This document shows positions 1 to 10,322 of a DNA stretch of 64,000 bases, one piece after another (position 1 is the stretch's first letter; each line of letters begins with the position of its first letter). The position numbers and the translations under genes are program-made. The stretch is from an uncultured Planctomycetaceae bacterium (GTDB lineage: Bacteria > Planctomycetota > Planctomycetia > Planctomycetales > Planctomycetaceae): NCBI GenBank assembly GCA_963813715.1, contig CAWFAK010000016.1:128001-192000 (forward strand), in the 5' to 3' direction. The notes under the pieces are model-generated. The model was not told the origin of the DNA. It saw nothing but the letters and a program-made list of their open reading frames with translations, and did no database searches.

Positions 1-609
1 GCGGAATTCGGAGGCGAGGCGGATAAGCGTTTCGAGGTTCGGCGCGCCTTCTTCCAACTTGAGCGTCCGCCGACCGCTGGCTTGAACGCCGCCACCGGGA
101 GCGCGCTCGGGACGGCGATCCGGATCGATGTGGAGCAGCCCGGCGCGATCGTGGACTGTTTCCGCGTCGGCACACAGAACGGTCAATTGCTCGGCCACGC
201 CGTAAGTCTCGGCATTCCACTGAGTGCAGAGACAGGCCGCCGGATTCCGATCGAGGGCGATCACTTCTCCGCGCACCGCCAACTGAATGGCATCCCCGCC
301 GATCCCGCAACAAAAATCCCAAACCCGTCCGCGTCCCTGAAACCGCTGGGCTTTGTGGAAGGCAACGCTTTCGGCCGTGCTTTGTTCGAGTCCGACGCGA
401 TCGAACCACAGACGCTCGGCCCGCGAAAACTTGCCGACTGCCCGCCGCCGCAGCTCGACCAGTGTGATCGCTCCCCGGACAAGGTCAGCGGGGAAATCGG
501 CGCGCAAGCGTTCCTGGAGAGCCAGCTCGCGTCCGGTCCAGGCGGCAATCCGCCCGAAGATTTCGGGAGCGGCACGCAATCGCCGCAGGAGTTCGGGTTC
601 GAGATTCAT
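1..609 (-). CDS. Class I SAM-dependent methyltransferase (THUMP-like-domain family), 3' end runs off the window
   Basis: Own translation of the minus strand from ATG at 609: MNLEPELLRR...FDRVGLEQSTAESVAFHKAQRF..VWDFCCGIGGDAIQLA..LHIDPDRR. SAM motif DxCCGxGGD. Not in the ORF track because no stop lies in the window. Confidence 0.8.
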   Translation of the reverse strand, partial: MNLEPELLRRLRAAPEIFGRIAAWTGRELALQERLRADFPADLVRGAITLVELRRRAVGKFSRAERLWFDRVGLEQSTAESVAFHKAQRFQGRGRVWDFCCGIGGDAIQLAVRGEVIALDRNPAACLCTQWNAETYGVAEQLTVLCADAETVHDRAGLLHIDPDRRPERAPGGGVQASGRRTLKLEEGAPNLETLIRLASEFR

Positions 610-822
610 CGGGTCGAGCGAGACGTATCTGGTGAGTCGGTGCGGGTCGGTCCCGCCCCGCCGAAGGAAGGATTATAGAGCGTGCGGAGGCGCGAAAGTT
701 GCGGGAAAAATCGGCGGAGGGGTGCGCAGACAGCGACCGCGGCTGCCACGCGACGAGCGAATTGCAAAGCCGCTGGCACGGCAATAGAGTGGACTTTCAA
801 GGTCACAAAAGCGGCAGGGCGA

Positions 823-1803
823 ATGCACGTTCAGGACGGCTTTCTTAGTCCGGAGGTTTGCGCGGCGACCGGCGCGATCGCTGCCGCGGCTGTCGGCTAC
901 TCGGTCTATAAGCTCCGCGACGGCGTCTCCGATCGCGTGGTGCCGCTGACTGGCATGACCGCCGCGATGATCTTCGCCGGCCAGATGGTCAATTTCCCCA
1001 TCGGGTTGCCCGTTTCGGGGCACCTCATCGGCGGCGTGCTCGCGGGCATGATCTTGGGCCCGTGGGCCGGCTGCCTGGCCGTCACGATGGTGCTCGTCGT
1101 TCAGCGGTTCTTGTTTTCCGACGGCGGTCTCTTCACGCTCGGGGCGAACATTCTCCACATGGCGGTGATCGGATCAATCGGCGGCTACGCCATCGTTTCG
1201 ATCGTGCGGCGATTCTTCAAAAAGCCCAAGGTTGGCGCGATTGTTGGCTCGGTCGTCGCCGCATGGCTCACCGTCGTCGCGGCGTCGGCGCTGTTCTGCC
1301 TCGAATTCCGGCTCTCGCACCCGGCCGGCGCCTTCGAGTTCCGCAACATCTTCGCCTTGATGGTGGCGATCCACTCGTTAATCGGCGTCGGGGAAGCCCT
1401 AATCACGGCTGCCATCGTGTCCTTTGTACTGGCGCAACGGCCCGATCTAATTCTCGGCCAGACGAGCGCCTCGGCGGACACTGCCATGGCGGGCGTCGGC
1501 CGCGTGACGGCTGCCGGCATCGTGGTCGCGCTGTGTATCGGCGCGTTCTTGTCGCCGTTCAAATCGACGCTGGACGACGGGCTGGAGCACGTTTCCGAAG
1601 TTCAGGGATTCGCCGAGCTGAGACACTCCGCTTGGGCGTTCTTTGCCGACTACGACAAAATCCCGCTCTTCAGCGGGCAATGGCAGGGCCTGTCGGTTTC
1701 GGTCGCGGGAGTCGTGGGAACTCTGTCCGTCTTGCTGCTGGCCCTCGCGTTTGGACGCGCGGTGAGTCCGCGTTCCAAAGTCGCCGAGGCGGGTCGTGAA
1801 TGA
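823..1803 (+). CDS. cbiM: ECF-type Co/Ni transporter substrate-binding component, CbiM/NikM fused to a PDGLE (NikN-like) domain
   Basis: N-terminus MHVQDGFLS (metal-binding MH-x-x-DG), FAGQMVNFP, SGHLIGG, DGGL..LGANI; C-terminal LSPF..DDGLE. Confidence 0.92.
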   Translation: MHVQDGFLSPEVCAATGAIAAAAVGYSVYKLRDGVSDRVVPLTGMTAAMIFAGQMVNFPIGLPVSGHLIGGVLAGMILGPWAGCLAVTMVLVVQRFLFSDGGLFTLGANILHMAVIGSIGGYAIVSIVRRFFKKPKVGAIVGSVVAAWLTVVAASALFCLEFRLSHPAGAFEFRNIFALMVAIHSLIGVGEALITAAIVSFVLAQRPDLILGQTSASADTAMAGVGRVTAAGIVVALCIGAFLSPFKSTLDDGLEHVSEVQGFAELRHSAWAFFADYDKIPLFSGQWQGLSVSVAGVVGTLSVLLLALAFGRAVSPRSKVAEAGRE

Positions 1804-2456
1804 TTCCGGTCGTGAATGATTCCTTGGCTCGCGGGCCGGCGGCCCGGTCGCCGGGTTACCGACTTTCGCCGACTCTCGCGCTCGGGCTGTCGGTGGCGGC
1901 GATCACGCTCGGCATGTTGCTCCCGCCCACCCATTTGCCGTCGCACGCCGCGCTCGTCTGCGTGCTGCTGGCCGCGCTGAGTCTGGCCCGCGTTCCCTTT
2001 GGGATGGTCGCCCGGCGGCTGGCCATCTTCCTGGGGTTCGCGCTCTTGTTTGCCGTCTCCGTCCCGCTGTCGCAAGGCTTTCGCGGCGGCTGGGAGATCG
2101 CGCAGGGGATTTTGTTCCGCGGAGTGGAGTCGTTCCTCTCCGGACTTTGGCTGGTAAGCGTGGTTCCTTTCGATCGCCTGCTGGCGACGCTGCGACGCCT
2201 GGGTGTCCCAACGATCCTCGTGGCCATTCTGGCCTTCATGTATCGGTTTCTGTTCGTGCTCTGGAAAGAACTCGACACCATGCGGGCCGCTCGCCGCGCT
2301 CGCACGTTCGATCAGGCCGGGCTGATCTTTCGCTGGCGGAACTCGGCCCAGATGATCGGCATGCTGTTGATCCGCTCGCTGGGCCGATCGGAACGTGTTT
2401 ACGGCGCGATGTGCGCCCGCGGTTGGGACGGCACTGTCCGGACTTTGGACGAATGA
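1800..2456 (+). CDS. cbiQ: ECF transporter T component (CbiQ/NikQ)
   Basis: Hydrophobic; FMYRFLFVL, ARRART, RSERVYGAMCARG; ATGA overlap with cbiM. Confidence 0.9.
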   Translation: MIPVVNDSLARGPAARSPGYRLSPTLALGLSVAAITLGMLLPPTHLPSHAALVCVLLAALSLARVPFGMVARRLAIFLGFALLFAVSVPLSQGFRGGWEIAQGILFRGVESFLSGLWLVSVVPFDRLLATLRRLGVPTILVAILAFMYRFLFVLWKELDTMRAARRARTFDQAGLIFRWRNSAQMIGMLLIRSLGRSERVYGAMCARGWDGTVRTLDE

Positions 2457-3286
2457 GTGCCACCGCGCCCGACAACCCGCTGCCCGACAACGTGCTGCCC
2501 AAGAGCGTGCTGCCCGAAACCGTGCTGGAAGTGAGCGGGCTTAGCTTCAGCTATTCGACCGGCCGGCAAGTGCTCAATAACGTCCGCTTTACGCTGACGC
2601 GCGGCGAGATCCTGGGGATTGTCGGACCCAGCGGCGCCGGAAAATCGACGCTGCTCTTGCACCTGAACGGTCTCTTACCGCAGCGACCGGAGCCGACGCG
2701 GGCGGCGACCAACGGGGCTGCCGTGCACGTGGCCGGCTTGTCCGTCGGAGCGGCGAATCTGGCGGAGGTGCGGCGACGCGTAGGCTTTCTGTTTCAAGAT
2801 CCGGACGATCAACTCTTTTGCCCCACAGTGCGAGAGGACGTCGCCTTCGGGCCGCTCAACCTGGGACTGCCGCGGGCGGAAGTCGAACGCCGCGTGATCG
2901 ACAGTCTGGCCGCTGTTGGGCTGGACGGTTTCGAGACGCGCAGCACGCTGCAATTGAGCCTGGGCGAACGCAAGCGCGTCTGCCTGGCCGGAGTGATCGC
3001 CTGTCAGCCGCTCGTCCTGGCTTTGGACGAGCCGTTCAGCAATCTCGATCCGCGGGCACGCCGCACGCTGGTCGACGTCTTGCGGCGGTTTGAAGGAAGC
3101 CAGATCATCGCAACGCACGACTTGGACGTTGTGGTTGAGCTGTGCCACCGTGTGATCGTGCTCGACGAAGGAACGATCCGTGCCGACGGCTCACCCGCCG
3201 CCGTGCTGGGCGACCAGGCCTTGATGGACCGTCACGGACTCGAAGTTCCCCTGCGCTTACAACTTTTGAGGAACGGCCAACCATGA
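2453..3286 (+). CDS. cbiO: ECF transporter ATPase (CbiO/NikO)
   Basis: Walker A GPSGAGKST, FQDPDDQLF, LSLGERKR, LDEP; ATG at 2453 overlaps the cbiQ stop. Confidence 0.92.
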   Translation: MSATAPDNPLPDNVLPKSVLPETVLEVSGLSFSYSTGRQVLNNVRFTLTRGEILGIVGPSGAGKSTLLLHLNGLLPQRPEPTRAATNGAAVHVAGLSVGAANLAEVRRRVGFLFQDPDDQLFCPTVREDVAFGPLNLGLPRAEVERRVIDSLAAVGLDGFETRSTLQLSLGERKRVCLAGVIACQPLVLALDEPFSNLDPRARRTLVDVLRRFEGSQIIATHDLDVVVELCHRVIVLDEGTIRADGSPAAVLGDQALMDRHGLEVPLRLQLLRNGQP

Positions 3287-4149
3287 CCCGAATGATGTCA
3301 TCGCCTCGCGCGACTTTGGCGTCGCGTTCCCTTCCACTCGTGCTGGCGTGTGCCTGCCTGTGCGTCGCCGCCGGTTTTGCCCGGACGATGGCCGCCGAAC
3401 CGACGCCGCTGGTCCGCGCACATGCGCACAACGACTACGAACACAAACGGCCCCTCTTCGACGCGTTGGACCAGGGCCTGTGCAGCGTCGAGGCGGACAT
3501 TTTTCTCGTCGACGGCCAGCTACTGGTCGGACACGTCCGCCGGCTCTTGAAGCCGGAGCGCACGCTCGAGTCGCTGTATCTGGTTCCGCTGAAAGAGCGG
3601 ATCGCCAAGAACGGCGGACGTGTTTACCGCGGCGGGCCCGAATTTACCCTGTTGATCGATATCAAAACCAACGGGCCCACAACGTACGCCGCCCTCAAGA
3701 AGGTTCTGGAAAAGTACGCCGACTTCATCAATTCGCCGACAGCCGGCGCCGGCTCGCGGAAGGCGGTCAACGTGGTGGCCACGGGGAATCGACCGGCGGC
3801 GGTCATCGCCGCTGACGCGACGCGCCTGGTCGGGATCGACGGCACGCTGAGCGATCTTGACTCGGATCAGCCGGCCAACGTGATCCCGCTCATCAGCGAC
3901 AACTGGCACTCGTTCTTCAAGTGGCGGGGCAAGGGGCCGATTCCCCCCGAGGAGCACGAGAAGATCGTTGCGGCTGTCAAGAAAGCGCACGCCCACGGCC
4001 GCCGACTGCGGTTCTGGTCCACGCCCGACAACACGGCGATCTGGCAGGAACTGTACGATGACGGCGTCGACCTGCTGAACGTCGACGATTTGCCCGGCGC
4101 GGCCCGCTTCCTCAACGATCCGGCTCGGCGGCCGTCGACCGCGAACTAG
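3283..4149 (+). CDS. Secreted PLC-like/GDPD-fold phosphodiesterase (Aim6-like)
   Basis: Signal-peptide-like N-terminus; HAHNDYEH, SVEADI, LLIDIK, RLRFW, GVDLLNVDDL. Confidence 0.75.
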   Translation: MTRMMSSPRATLASRSLPLVLACACLCVAAGFARTMAAEPTPLVRAHAHNDYEHKRPLFDALDQGLCSVEADIFLVDGQLLVGHVRRLLKPERTLESLYLVPLKERIAKNGGRVYRGGPEFTLLIDIKTNGPTTYAALKKVLEKYADFINSPTAGAGSRKAVNVVATGNRPAAVIAADATRLVGIDGTLSDLDSDQPANVIPLISDNWHSFFKWRGKGPIPPEEHEKIVAAVKKAHAHGRRLRFWSTPDNTAIWQELYDDGVDLLNVDDLPGAARFLNDPARRPSTAN

Positions 4150-4263
4150 CCAAAGAAAACTGATCTTGTTCAGATCGCGTTTCTCTGGCTGAATAGAGGG
4201 TGTGCTTTCGTCGCGACCTTGATCCGCATCGCGGATCGAAGCGCACGCTGTTGCCCGACCCCT

Positions 4264-4371
4264 CACGCCCCGCCCTGTGCACTCATTAACGAAAGGTAAC
4301 CGAAAAGGGGCGTGGTCTGGTCAACTACTTTCACCAAGGTAGTTGACCACGAGATAGTTGACCACAGGGCG
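4264..4371. repeat. Nested inverted/direct repeat element between convergent genes
   Basis: TGGTCAACTAC (4318-4328)/GTAGTTGACCA (4339-4349); TAGTTGACCAC twice; CGCCCTGTG/CACAGGGCG; CACGCCCC/GGGGCGTG. Confidence 0.6.
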
Positions 4372-4403
4372 AGATTGGCCGATCACCGGCCGCTCGCCGG
4401 TCA

Positions 4404-5363
4404 TTAGTGCAGGACGTAGATTTCCGGGTCGTCGACGATCCACTCGGTCGACCAGGTGCGGCCGTCGTCCTGGTTGACGATGTTGAAGAACATCGTGTTG
4501 AAGTTCTCGACCCGCACGCCGTACGCGAGCTTCGACACGAGGTGGTCCGCCTGCGTCAGCGGCGTGACACCCGGCTTGGCGTAGTAGTGGATCATGCCGT
4601 CAGGGGTGACGCTCATGCCGAGCGTGTACCAGCCGGTCTTGGTGATGTTCATCGCCGGGATCTCGTGGCCGTACTCGTCGCCGCGGACGAGCAGCGTGGC
4701 CGAGTCCTTCGTCTGGCCGTCCCCCTTGTTGAACTGAATGAAAAAGCCCGGCCAGAAGGCTTCGGTGGTCGCCACGGGACCGCGACGCCAGAAGAAGCGT
4801 CCGCCGCCTTCGTTCTTGTGGAACGTGCCGACCACGTCGACGCGGAAACCGAACGAGCTTCCCGTCCGCTGTTCCCACTGCTCAAACGGGGGCAGGTAGA
4901 CGCGACAGACCACGCTCGGCGTGCGTGCGGGCGAAATGTAGCCGCCCGTGGTCATGCCGGCGTTGAAGATCAGGTCGTCTTGCTGGAACTTGTAGGTGTG
5001 GTAACCGGGCACTCCCGAATTGAGCGTTCGCATCGAGAGCGAGCCCTTGCTGCCGGGCAGTCCGCCGGCAGGCGTCGGGACGCGTTTGACGACGTCCGGC
5101 TGGCCGCGGAGCGCGCTTTCGTACCAGCGGCTGTTGCTCGAGACGCCGCCGGGCTGACGCTCCTGGTTGTCGAGGTTGCTGCTCGACTTGGGCAGGTTCG
5201 GCTCGTAGCTCCACGAGGCGTCCTCGAAGTCATCAAACGCAATGCGGGTTCCCGTCCCCGGCACGACCTGCGCGGCAAGCCGACCATCGGTGGCGGCGAC
5301 CAGCATCATTCCCAGCGAACAGGTCAACACGCCGCCGAAGACACGCACGCGCGAGAAATTCAT
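4404..5363 (-). CDS. Exported hypothetical protein
   Basis: 319-aa ORF with typical codon bias, signal-peptide-like N-terminus and an aromatic/beta-rich body. Confidence 0.75.
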   Translation of the reverse strand: MNFSRVRVFGGVLTCSLGMMLVAATDGRLAAQVVPGTGTRIAFDDFEDASWSYEPNLPKSSSNLDNQERQPGGVSSNSRWYESALRGQPDVVKRVPTPAGGLPGSKGSLSMRTLNSGVPGYHTYKFQQDDLIFNAGMTTGGYISPARTPSVVCRVYLPPFEQWEQRTGSSFGFRVDVVGTFHKNEGGGRFFWRRGPVATTEAFWPGFFIQFNKGDGQTKDSATLLVRGDEYGHEIPAMNITKTGWYTLGMSVTPDGMIHYYAKPGVTPLTQADHLVSKLAYGVRVENFNTMFFNIVNQDDGRTWSTEWIVDDPEIYVLH

Positions 5364-5684
5364 CTTGCACCTATCCCCGTCATTGTGGGCCTGACCGACC
5401 CATCTTGCCGACCGAGCGAGCCGTCCTTGCGAGGCTGATTGCTCCGAAGATCGGATCTAAGCCGGTTAGTCACGCAAAAGATCTTTTGCCGGCGTTACAC
5501 TCTCCGCCGCAGGCTGGGCAACGCGCAGTTGAACCGTTGCCCAGACTGTCGCGGGCTGCACCCGCGCCGCAAAGTTTACGCAGACACCCCCAGCCACTCT
5601 CTTTTCGCAGGCTATCGTGACGGCGATCCGCTCACATTTCAAGTCGCGGCGAATCGGGCTGGGTGGCGTCTCTGAAAAGTCTCG

Positions 5685-6922
5685 TTACTCGCCGGCTGAC
5701 GCGAGCGCTCGCGCAGACGCGGAGTCGCGAAGTTTCGGAAAGCGGGCTCGCGAATTTCGCTTTCGCCAATAGCTCCGCACGAACCAGGGACGCGTGTCGA
5801 CCGGCGGGCCATCCTGCTCGGCCGCTTCGATCCAGCGGTCGGTCATCTGGGCCGCCCGGCGAAACGCATCGTGCGATTCGGGCGGGTCGTCGAACCAGCC
5901 GCACTCGACGGGCAGTCGTTGAAGGGCCAGCCGCGGCAGGAACTCCGCCGCATTGCCGATTACGCGCCGATGCAGCCGTTCTCCGCGCCACCAGAGCGAC
6001 GCCTCGTCGAAGCGGTCGGTCGGATTGCCGACATCGAGAGGCTGGTCGACGGCGACCGGCTTGAAAATGCTGACACAGGGCGCGGCCGTTCCCGTGGCCC
6101 AGTGCCGCACGCCCTGACGCGACAATTCCGAAATCCAACTGCCGGTGGTTTGCGAGGAGGCGATCACTCCACCGGCATGCACGCAGGGAGCCGTCAACCC
6201 TCCGCGAACGAATGAATAGGCGGGTACCGCGAGTCCCTCGCCATGGTCGCGGAGAATGACCGCGAGATCAGCCGGTTTGCGGACGTTCTGTCCCAGGCAT
6301 TCGGTGCGCGAGCGGCGCATCATCCCTGCTCCGGCCCACGTTTTAACGCGATCGCCATGTCGCTCGGCGAAGCCTGGGATCGACAGCACGTTCGAGATGC
6401 TCCGCACGCCGCGGACGTCTCTGCGTCGCCCAAGCCCGGCCGGCCGTTTCCAGCACGATGGCGCGCGTTGGATCGGCGATGAGAAAGCTGTTGTGATAGG
6501 TGAAATTTCGGTGCTCGTGGCCGCAGCCACCGCCTTGCCCGTGCGATCTCCAGCAGGCCGACGATTGTGTCCGCTGCCGATTGGGCATCGCTTGCCCGCT
6601 CGAGGGCCAGCCGCAGCAGGTCCATTCCGGTGAGGCCGTTTTTGGCGTAGGGCGCGCGAGTGAAGACGGCCTCGTTGCCGATCACCACGCCATGCTCGTT
6701 GGCCCCCATTTCCGCTCCCCACATCCAGAAGGGACGGCTGAGGAGCACGGCGTGCGTCGAGCGAACTTGAGGGATCTCGATCCAAGTGCAGCGGAGCGAC
6801 GAGCCCGCGGGATAAGTTTGCCGGGGCTGCCAGTCGAGAATTTGGGCTTCGTTCGGGTCGCGGTCGGAGTTCTTGGCGAACAAAACCCGGTCCTGGTCCA
6901 CAACCACCAGCGTGTCGCACAT
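5685..6922 (-). CDS. Secernin-like C69 family dipeptidase (two apparent frameshifts, ~6545 and ~6420)
   Basis: [51 protein letters not shown]; continues as [17 protein letters not shown], then [18 protein letters not shown] in other frames. Confidence 0.85.
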
Positions 6923-7151
6923 GCCTGCGGCGTCCTCTTTTTCCAGGCCGACAGAACCAGTCCCAATCCTCCCCCAGCATACGAAAACGGGCCCTTTTGA
7001 GCCCAAACTTCGGTCAATTTCGGGAAAATCAGCCAAGATTTGAATTGGCCCCGCGAATCCCTCAAAATCAGGGGGTGCGGGCAAGGTCTGCCGACGGGCG
7101 GGCTGTGTCCGCAAACGCGATTCGGCTCAGGCCGCTCGGGGAGTCCGTTCC

Positions 7152-8042
7152 ATGTTGCGATCGACGGTCATCGGAATCGTGGTGGTCCTGTTGATCGCCA
7201 AGGCCGCGACCAGCCTGCGGGTGGTTTGGCCGAACTCGGTCGAGCGCACCGAAGCGGTCAAATTTGCCCCGCACGCCAAGAACTTCGAGATCCGGGCCGA
7301 CAACGGTTCGGTCGAGTTCGTCGGACAAGAGGACAAATCGGCCGACGTCGAAGTGACCTCCGTCCTGCAGGCCTCGGCTCACGACGAGGAAGCAGCCCGG
7401 GCCGCCCTCGACGCGATGGAAGTCACCATTGAGGGCAAAGACGCGGACACTTGCAAGATCGGCTGGCGCTGGAAGTCGGCCCGTCAGGCCGAATGGTCCG
7501 GGTCGGTCCGTTTCAAGATCCTCGCGCCGAAGAAGGTCAACGTCGATTGCGACGTCGACAATGGCACGGTGAACGTCAACGACGTCAGCGGTGCCACCAA
7601 GCTGGTGAGCAAGAACGGCAAGATCGAATCGGATACCGCGGGCGAGTCACTGGAGGCCCGCACGAGCAACGGCACAATCGAAGCCAAATACTCCGGGCCT
7701 CACGTACAGCTGCACACGCAAAACGGCACCGTCTCGGCCGATTTAAGCCATACCCGCGGCGTCGACGGTGAGATCAGCACACAAAACGGCACGATGACGG
7801 TGACAGTCGGCAACGACACGTCGTGCAAGCTGGCGGCGTCCACGGTCAACGGCCGCGTCTATTTCCCAGGCCAAAAGCACGCCTGGATCAAACGCATGAC
7901 GAAGAGCCGGTCCGCGCACGAGACGTTGGGCGAGGGCGGCGGGACGCTGAAGCTGAGCGTGCAAAACGGCTCGATCAAAGTCCGTCACGCCAAAACCGAT
8001 GGGGATTCGGACGACGACGAGGATTCGGACGAATCGGATTGA
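7152..8042 (+). CDS. DUF4097-type beta-strand repeat (adhesin-like) protein
   Basis: Repeated T/S-x-NG-x-I/V units (SKNGKI, TSNGTI, TQNGTV, TVNGRV, VQNGSI); N-terminal anchor. Confidence 0.8.
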   Translation: MLRSTVIGIVVVLLIAKAATSLRVVWPNSVERTEAVKFAPHAKNFEIRADNGSVEFVGQEDKSADVEVTSVLQASAHDEEAARAALDAMEVTIEGKDADTCKIGWRWKSARQAEWSGSVRFKILAPKKVNVDCDVDNGTVNVNDVSGATKLVSKNGKIESDTAGESLEARTSNGTIEAKYSGPHVQLHTQNGTVSADLSHTRGVDGEISTQNGTMTVTVGNDTSCKLAASTVNGRVYFPGQKHAWIKRMTKSRSAHETLGEGGGTLKLSVQNGSIKVRHAKTDGDSDDDEDSDESD

Positions 8043-8063
8043 CTCGTTCGGACCGCCTGCCGA

Positions 8064-9011
8064 TCACGAGGCTTCGCGAAATCGCAGTGACGGCTTCTCG
8101 ATCGTGACGACCGTATTGGGCGGCACGCTTCGGGTGACGGAAACGCCGGCCCCAATTACCGAGTGCGCTCCCACGATCGTGTGCCCGCCCAGGATCGTGG
8201 CGTTGGCGTAGATCACGACTTTTCGCTCGATGGTCGGATGCCGCTTGGTTCCCCGCACGAGGTTGCCGTTGTCATCCTGGTCGAAACTGAGCGCTCCGAG
8301 CGTCACTCCCTGATAGAGCCGCACGTGATCGGCAATTTCGCACGTCTGGCCGATAACCACGCCCGTCCCATGATCGATGAAGAATCCGGGACCGATGCGA
8401 GCGCCGGGGTGGATGTCAATTCCCGTGCGGCCGTGGGCCCATTCCGTGATCATGCGGGGAATGAGCGGCACTCCCAGCGTGTGCAGCTCGTGGGCCAGGC
8501 GATAGTGCAACACGGCTTCGAGCCCCGGGTAGCAGCAGACGATTTCGTCCGCGTTCTGGGCCGCCGGATCGCCGTCATACGCCGCCTGCACGTCGGTGGC
8601 CAGCAGTCGTCGGATGCGCGGCAGGGCGAGCAAGAAGTCGTGGACGATGGCGTCGGTCCGCGTCACGACGTTGGGTTCCTGCCCGTCAGCCGGAACCGCG
8701 TCATCGCCGAGCGAGTCCTGTCGGGCTTCGTCGGCGTAAGTCAGCGTGCACGCGACTTGCTCGAAGAGCCGGTCCTGAACGCTCTCGAGTCGCGTGGCGA
8801 CAAAATCGACGGCGTCCGCTTCGTGCAGCGTCAGCCGCTGATGAAAGCCGGGAAACAGGAGCTGCTTCAGCTCGCGCGTCAGTTCGACCACTGCCTCGAT
8901 GCTGGGCAGCGGGCTGCGGTTGAGATGCCCGACGTTTTCGAGATCGCAATAGCTATCGAGCATCCGATCGGTCGACACCGACAGACGGTCTATCCCCACA
9001 TTATCCCGCAC
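8064..9011 (-). CDS. cysE: Serine O-acetyltransferase
   Basis: DVQAAYDGDPAA, YPGL, TGIDIHPGARIG, FFIDHGTGVVIG, KRHPT; GAGGGG RBS before GTG. Confidence 0.9.
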   Translation of the reverse strand: MRDNVGIDRLSVSTDRMLDSYCDLENVGHLNRSPLPSIEAVVELTRELKQLLFPGFHQRLTLHEADAVDFVATRLESVQDRLFEQVACTLTYADEARQDSLGDDAVPADGQEPNVVTRTDAIVHDFLLALPRIRRLLATDVQAAYDGDPAAQNADEIVCCYPGLEAVLHYRLAHELHTLGVPLIPRMITEWAHGRTGIDIHPGARIGPGFFIDHGTGVVIGQTCEIADHVRLYQGVTLGALSFDQDDNGNLVRGTKRHPTIERKVVIYANATILGGHTIVGAHSVIGAGVSVTRSVPPNTVVTIEKPSLRFREAS

Positions 9012-9176
9012 GTTGCAGTCCCCTCAGACGCTTCGCTCGGAATCGCTGGCACTCTGATCGACTGGCGAGGCGGCGCGGATTGAGGGATTCCAACAACACC
9101 GGAAATAAGGCCCGAGGCTGGCCCGCTGCGGACGTCCGTCAGGGCCGAGGCGGCGACAGATCGAGTCGGTGCCGGG

Positions 9177-9693
9177 TTACGGTCGCGTATTCTGGGAAAC
9201 CTTCTCCGTTTTCGTCGACGTTCCGGCCGGCCGCAGCGTCCGCGTGTATTCGTGCTGCTTCACGCTCTGCTCGGGAACGCCCTGGTAGAGATAGACGTCT
9301 AACTCTTCGTACTGATTCAGATCGAGGTGCTTGCCGGCAATCTGCTCGACCGCGGTGACGACTTGCTTCGCCCCGGCTCGTCTCGACCACCGGATCGAAG
9401 TCGACCCGCATTACGATCCGCAGGATTTTGGGAGTCCCTTTGTGCATCTTGCGTTGACCGCCGTCGACGCGCGGCGACGAATGGGGGAACGCTGCCGCTA
9501 TTGCGTCCTGCAGCGGGCGAAACGGACCGACGTGCAACGTCCAATACACCCACATGGCGGCCGTGGTCAGCGTGCCGAAGGCGAGCATCCCCAGCACCAT
9601 CGCCCGACCGGAGACGCGCCGCTCGGGTCGCGTCGGAGGGACAGGAGCCGCGGACGAGTTCAGATCGTCAGGGGGACGAGAATCGTTGGTCAT
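9177..9693 (-). CDS. Membrane-anchored hypothetical protein (apparent frameshift ~9372)
   Basis: TM segment AMVLGMLAFG..WVYW; removing one G from a G4 run restores RAKQVVTAVEQIAGKHLDLNQYEELDVYLYQ..NTRP*. Confidence 0.65.
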
Positions 9694-10277
9694 CGGTTTC
9701 CCCCGTCTCCAGCGACGGCTGCCACGGTGGCCGCAAGATTGGCGAGCGGCTCGGGACTGCCGGCTGTGCGGGACCAGGCCACTTCTCCCTTGCGATCGAC
9801 CAGGAAGACTCCCTCCAGCCGCTGCCGGTGCTCTTCATCGTAGCGGCCCCACGCCCGATAGACGCTGAGATCGATGTCCGTCAGCAGCGGGAACGGAGAC
9901 GGGCCGAACTGGGCCATGTCTTTTCGATTCTCTTGAGGCAGGGCCTTGCTAATGGCCAGCACGTAGACGTCGGCCTTCCGCAGGCGGGGCCACTCAGCTC
10001 GCAATAAGTCCAGGGCCTGCGAGCTGTGGGCCCCCTTCGACCCGTCGTAAAATACTACGAACACGCGCTGCCGTCCCAGGTAGGCCGACAACCGCACGAG
10101 GTGCGACGGCGAATTCTCATCGTACAGCTCGAACGCCGGCGCCGGCCCGGTGACGGCCGCCTCGGTGGCGGTCGACTGCGGAGCGTAGGTGCGGGTGGCT
10201 CGAAAGACGCAGAGTCCCACAATCACGACCCCGGCTGCTGCCAACAGCCAGAGCCGTCGATCGTGGATCGAGGTCAA
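9690..10277 (-). CDS. Membrane-anchored AhpC/TSA (redoxin)-fold protein lacking the peroxidatic Cys
   Basis: APAFEL..VRLSAYLG..VFVVFY..VYVLAIS..FPLLTD..VYRAWG..VFLVDRKGEV. Confidence 0.75.
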   Translation of the reverse strand: MTSIHDRRLWLLAAAGVVIVGLCVFRATRTYAPQSTATEAAVTGPAPAFELYDENSPSHLVRLSAYLGRQRVFVVFYDGSKGAHSSQALDLLRAEWPRLRKADVYVLAISKALPQENRKDMAQFGPSPFPLLTDIDLSVYRAWGRYDEEHRQRLEGVFLVDRKGEVAWSRTAGSPEPLANLAATVAAVAGDGGNR

Positions 10278-10322
10278 CAGCCTCGACCGAACGCCTGTTC
10301 CGTCTGGACCCGCGACGATCGT

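Noticed and set aside
610..822. Cobalamin or NiCo riboswitch, or sigma-54 promoter, upstream of cbiM
   Set aside because: Only scattered GGGAA/GCCAC words, with no B12 box or GGTG-AA-TCC core. TGGCACG at 774 lacks the TTGC -12 element.
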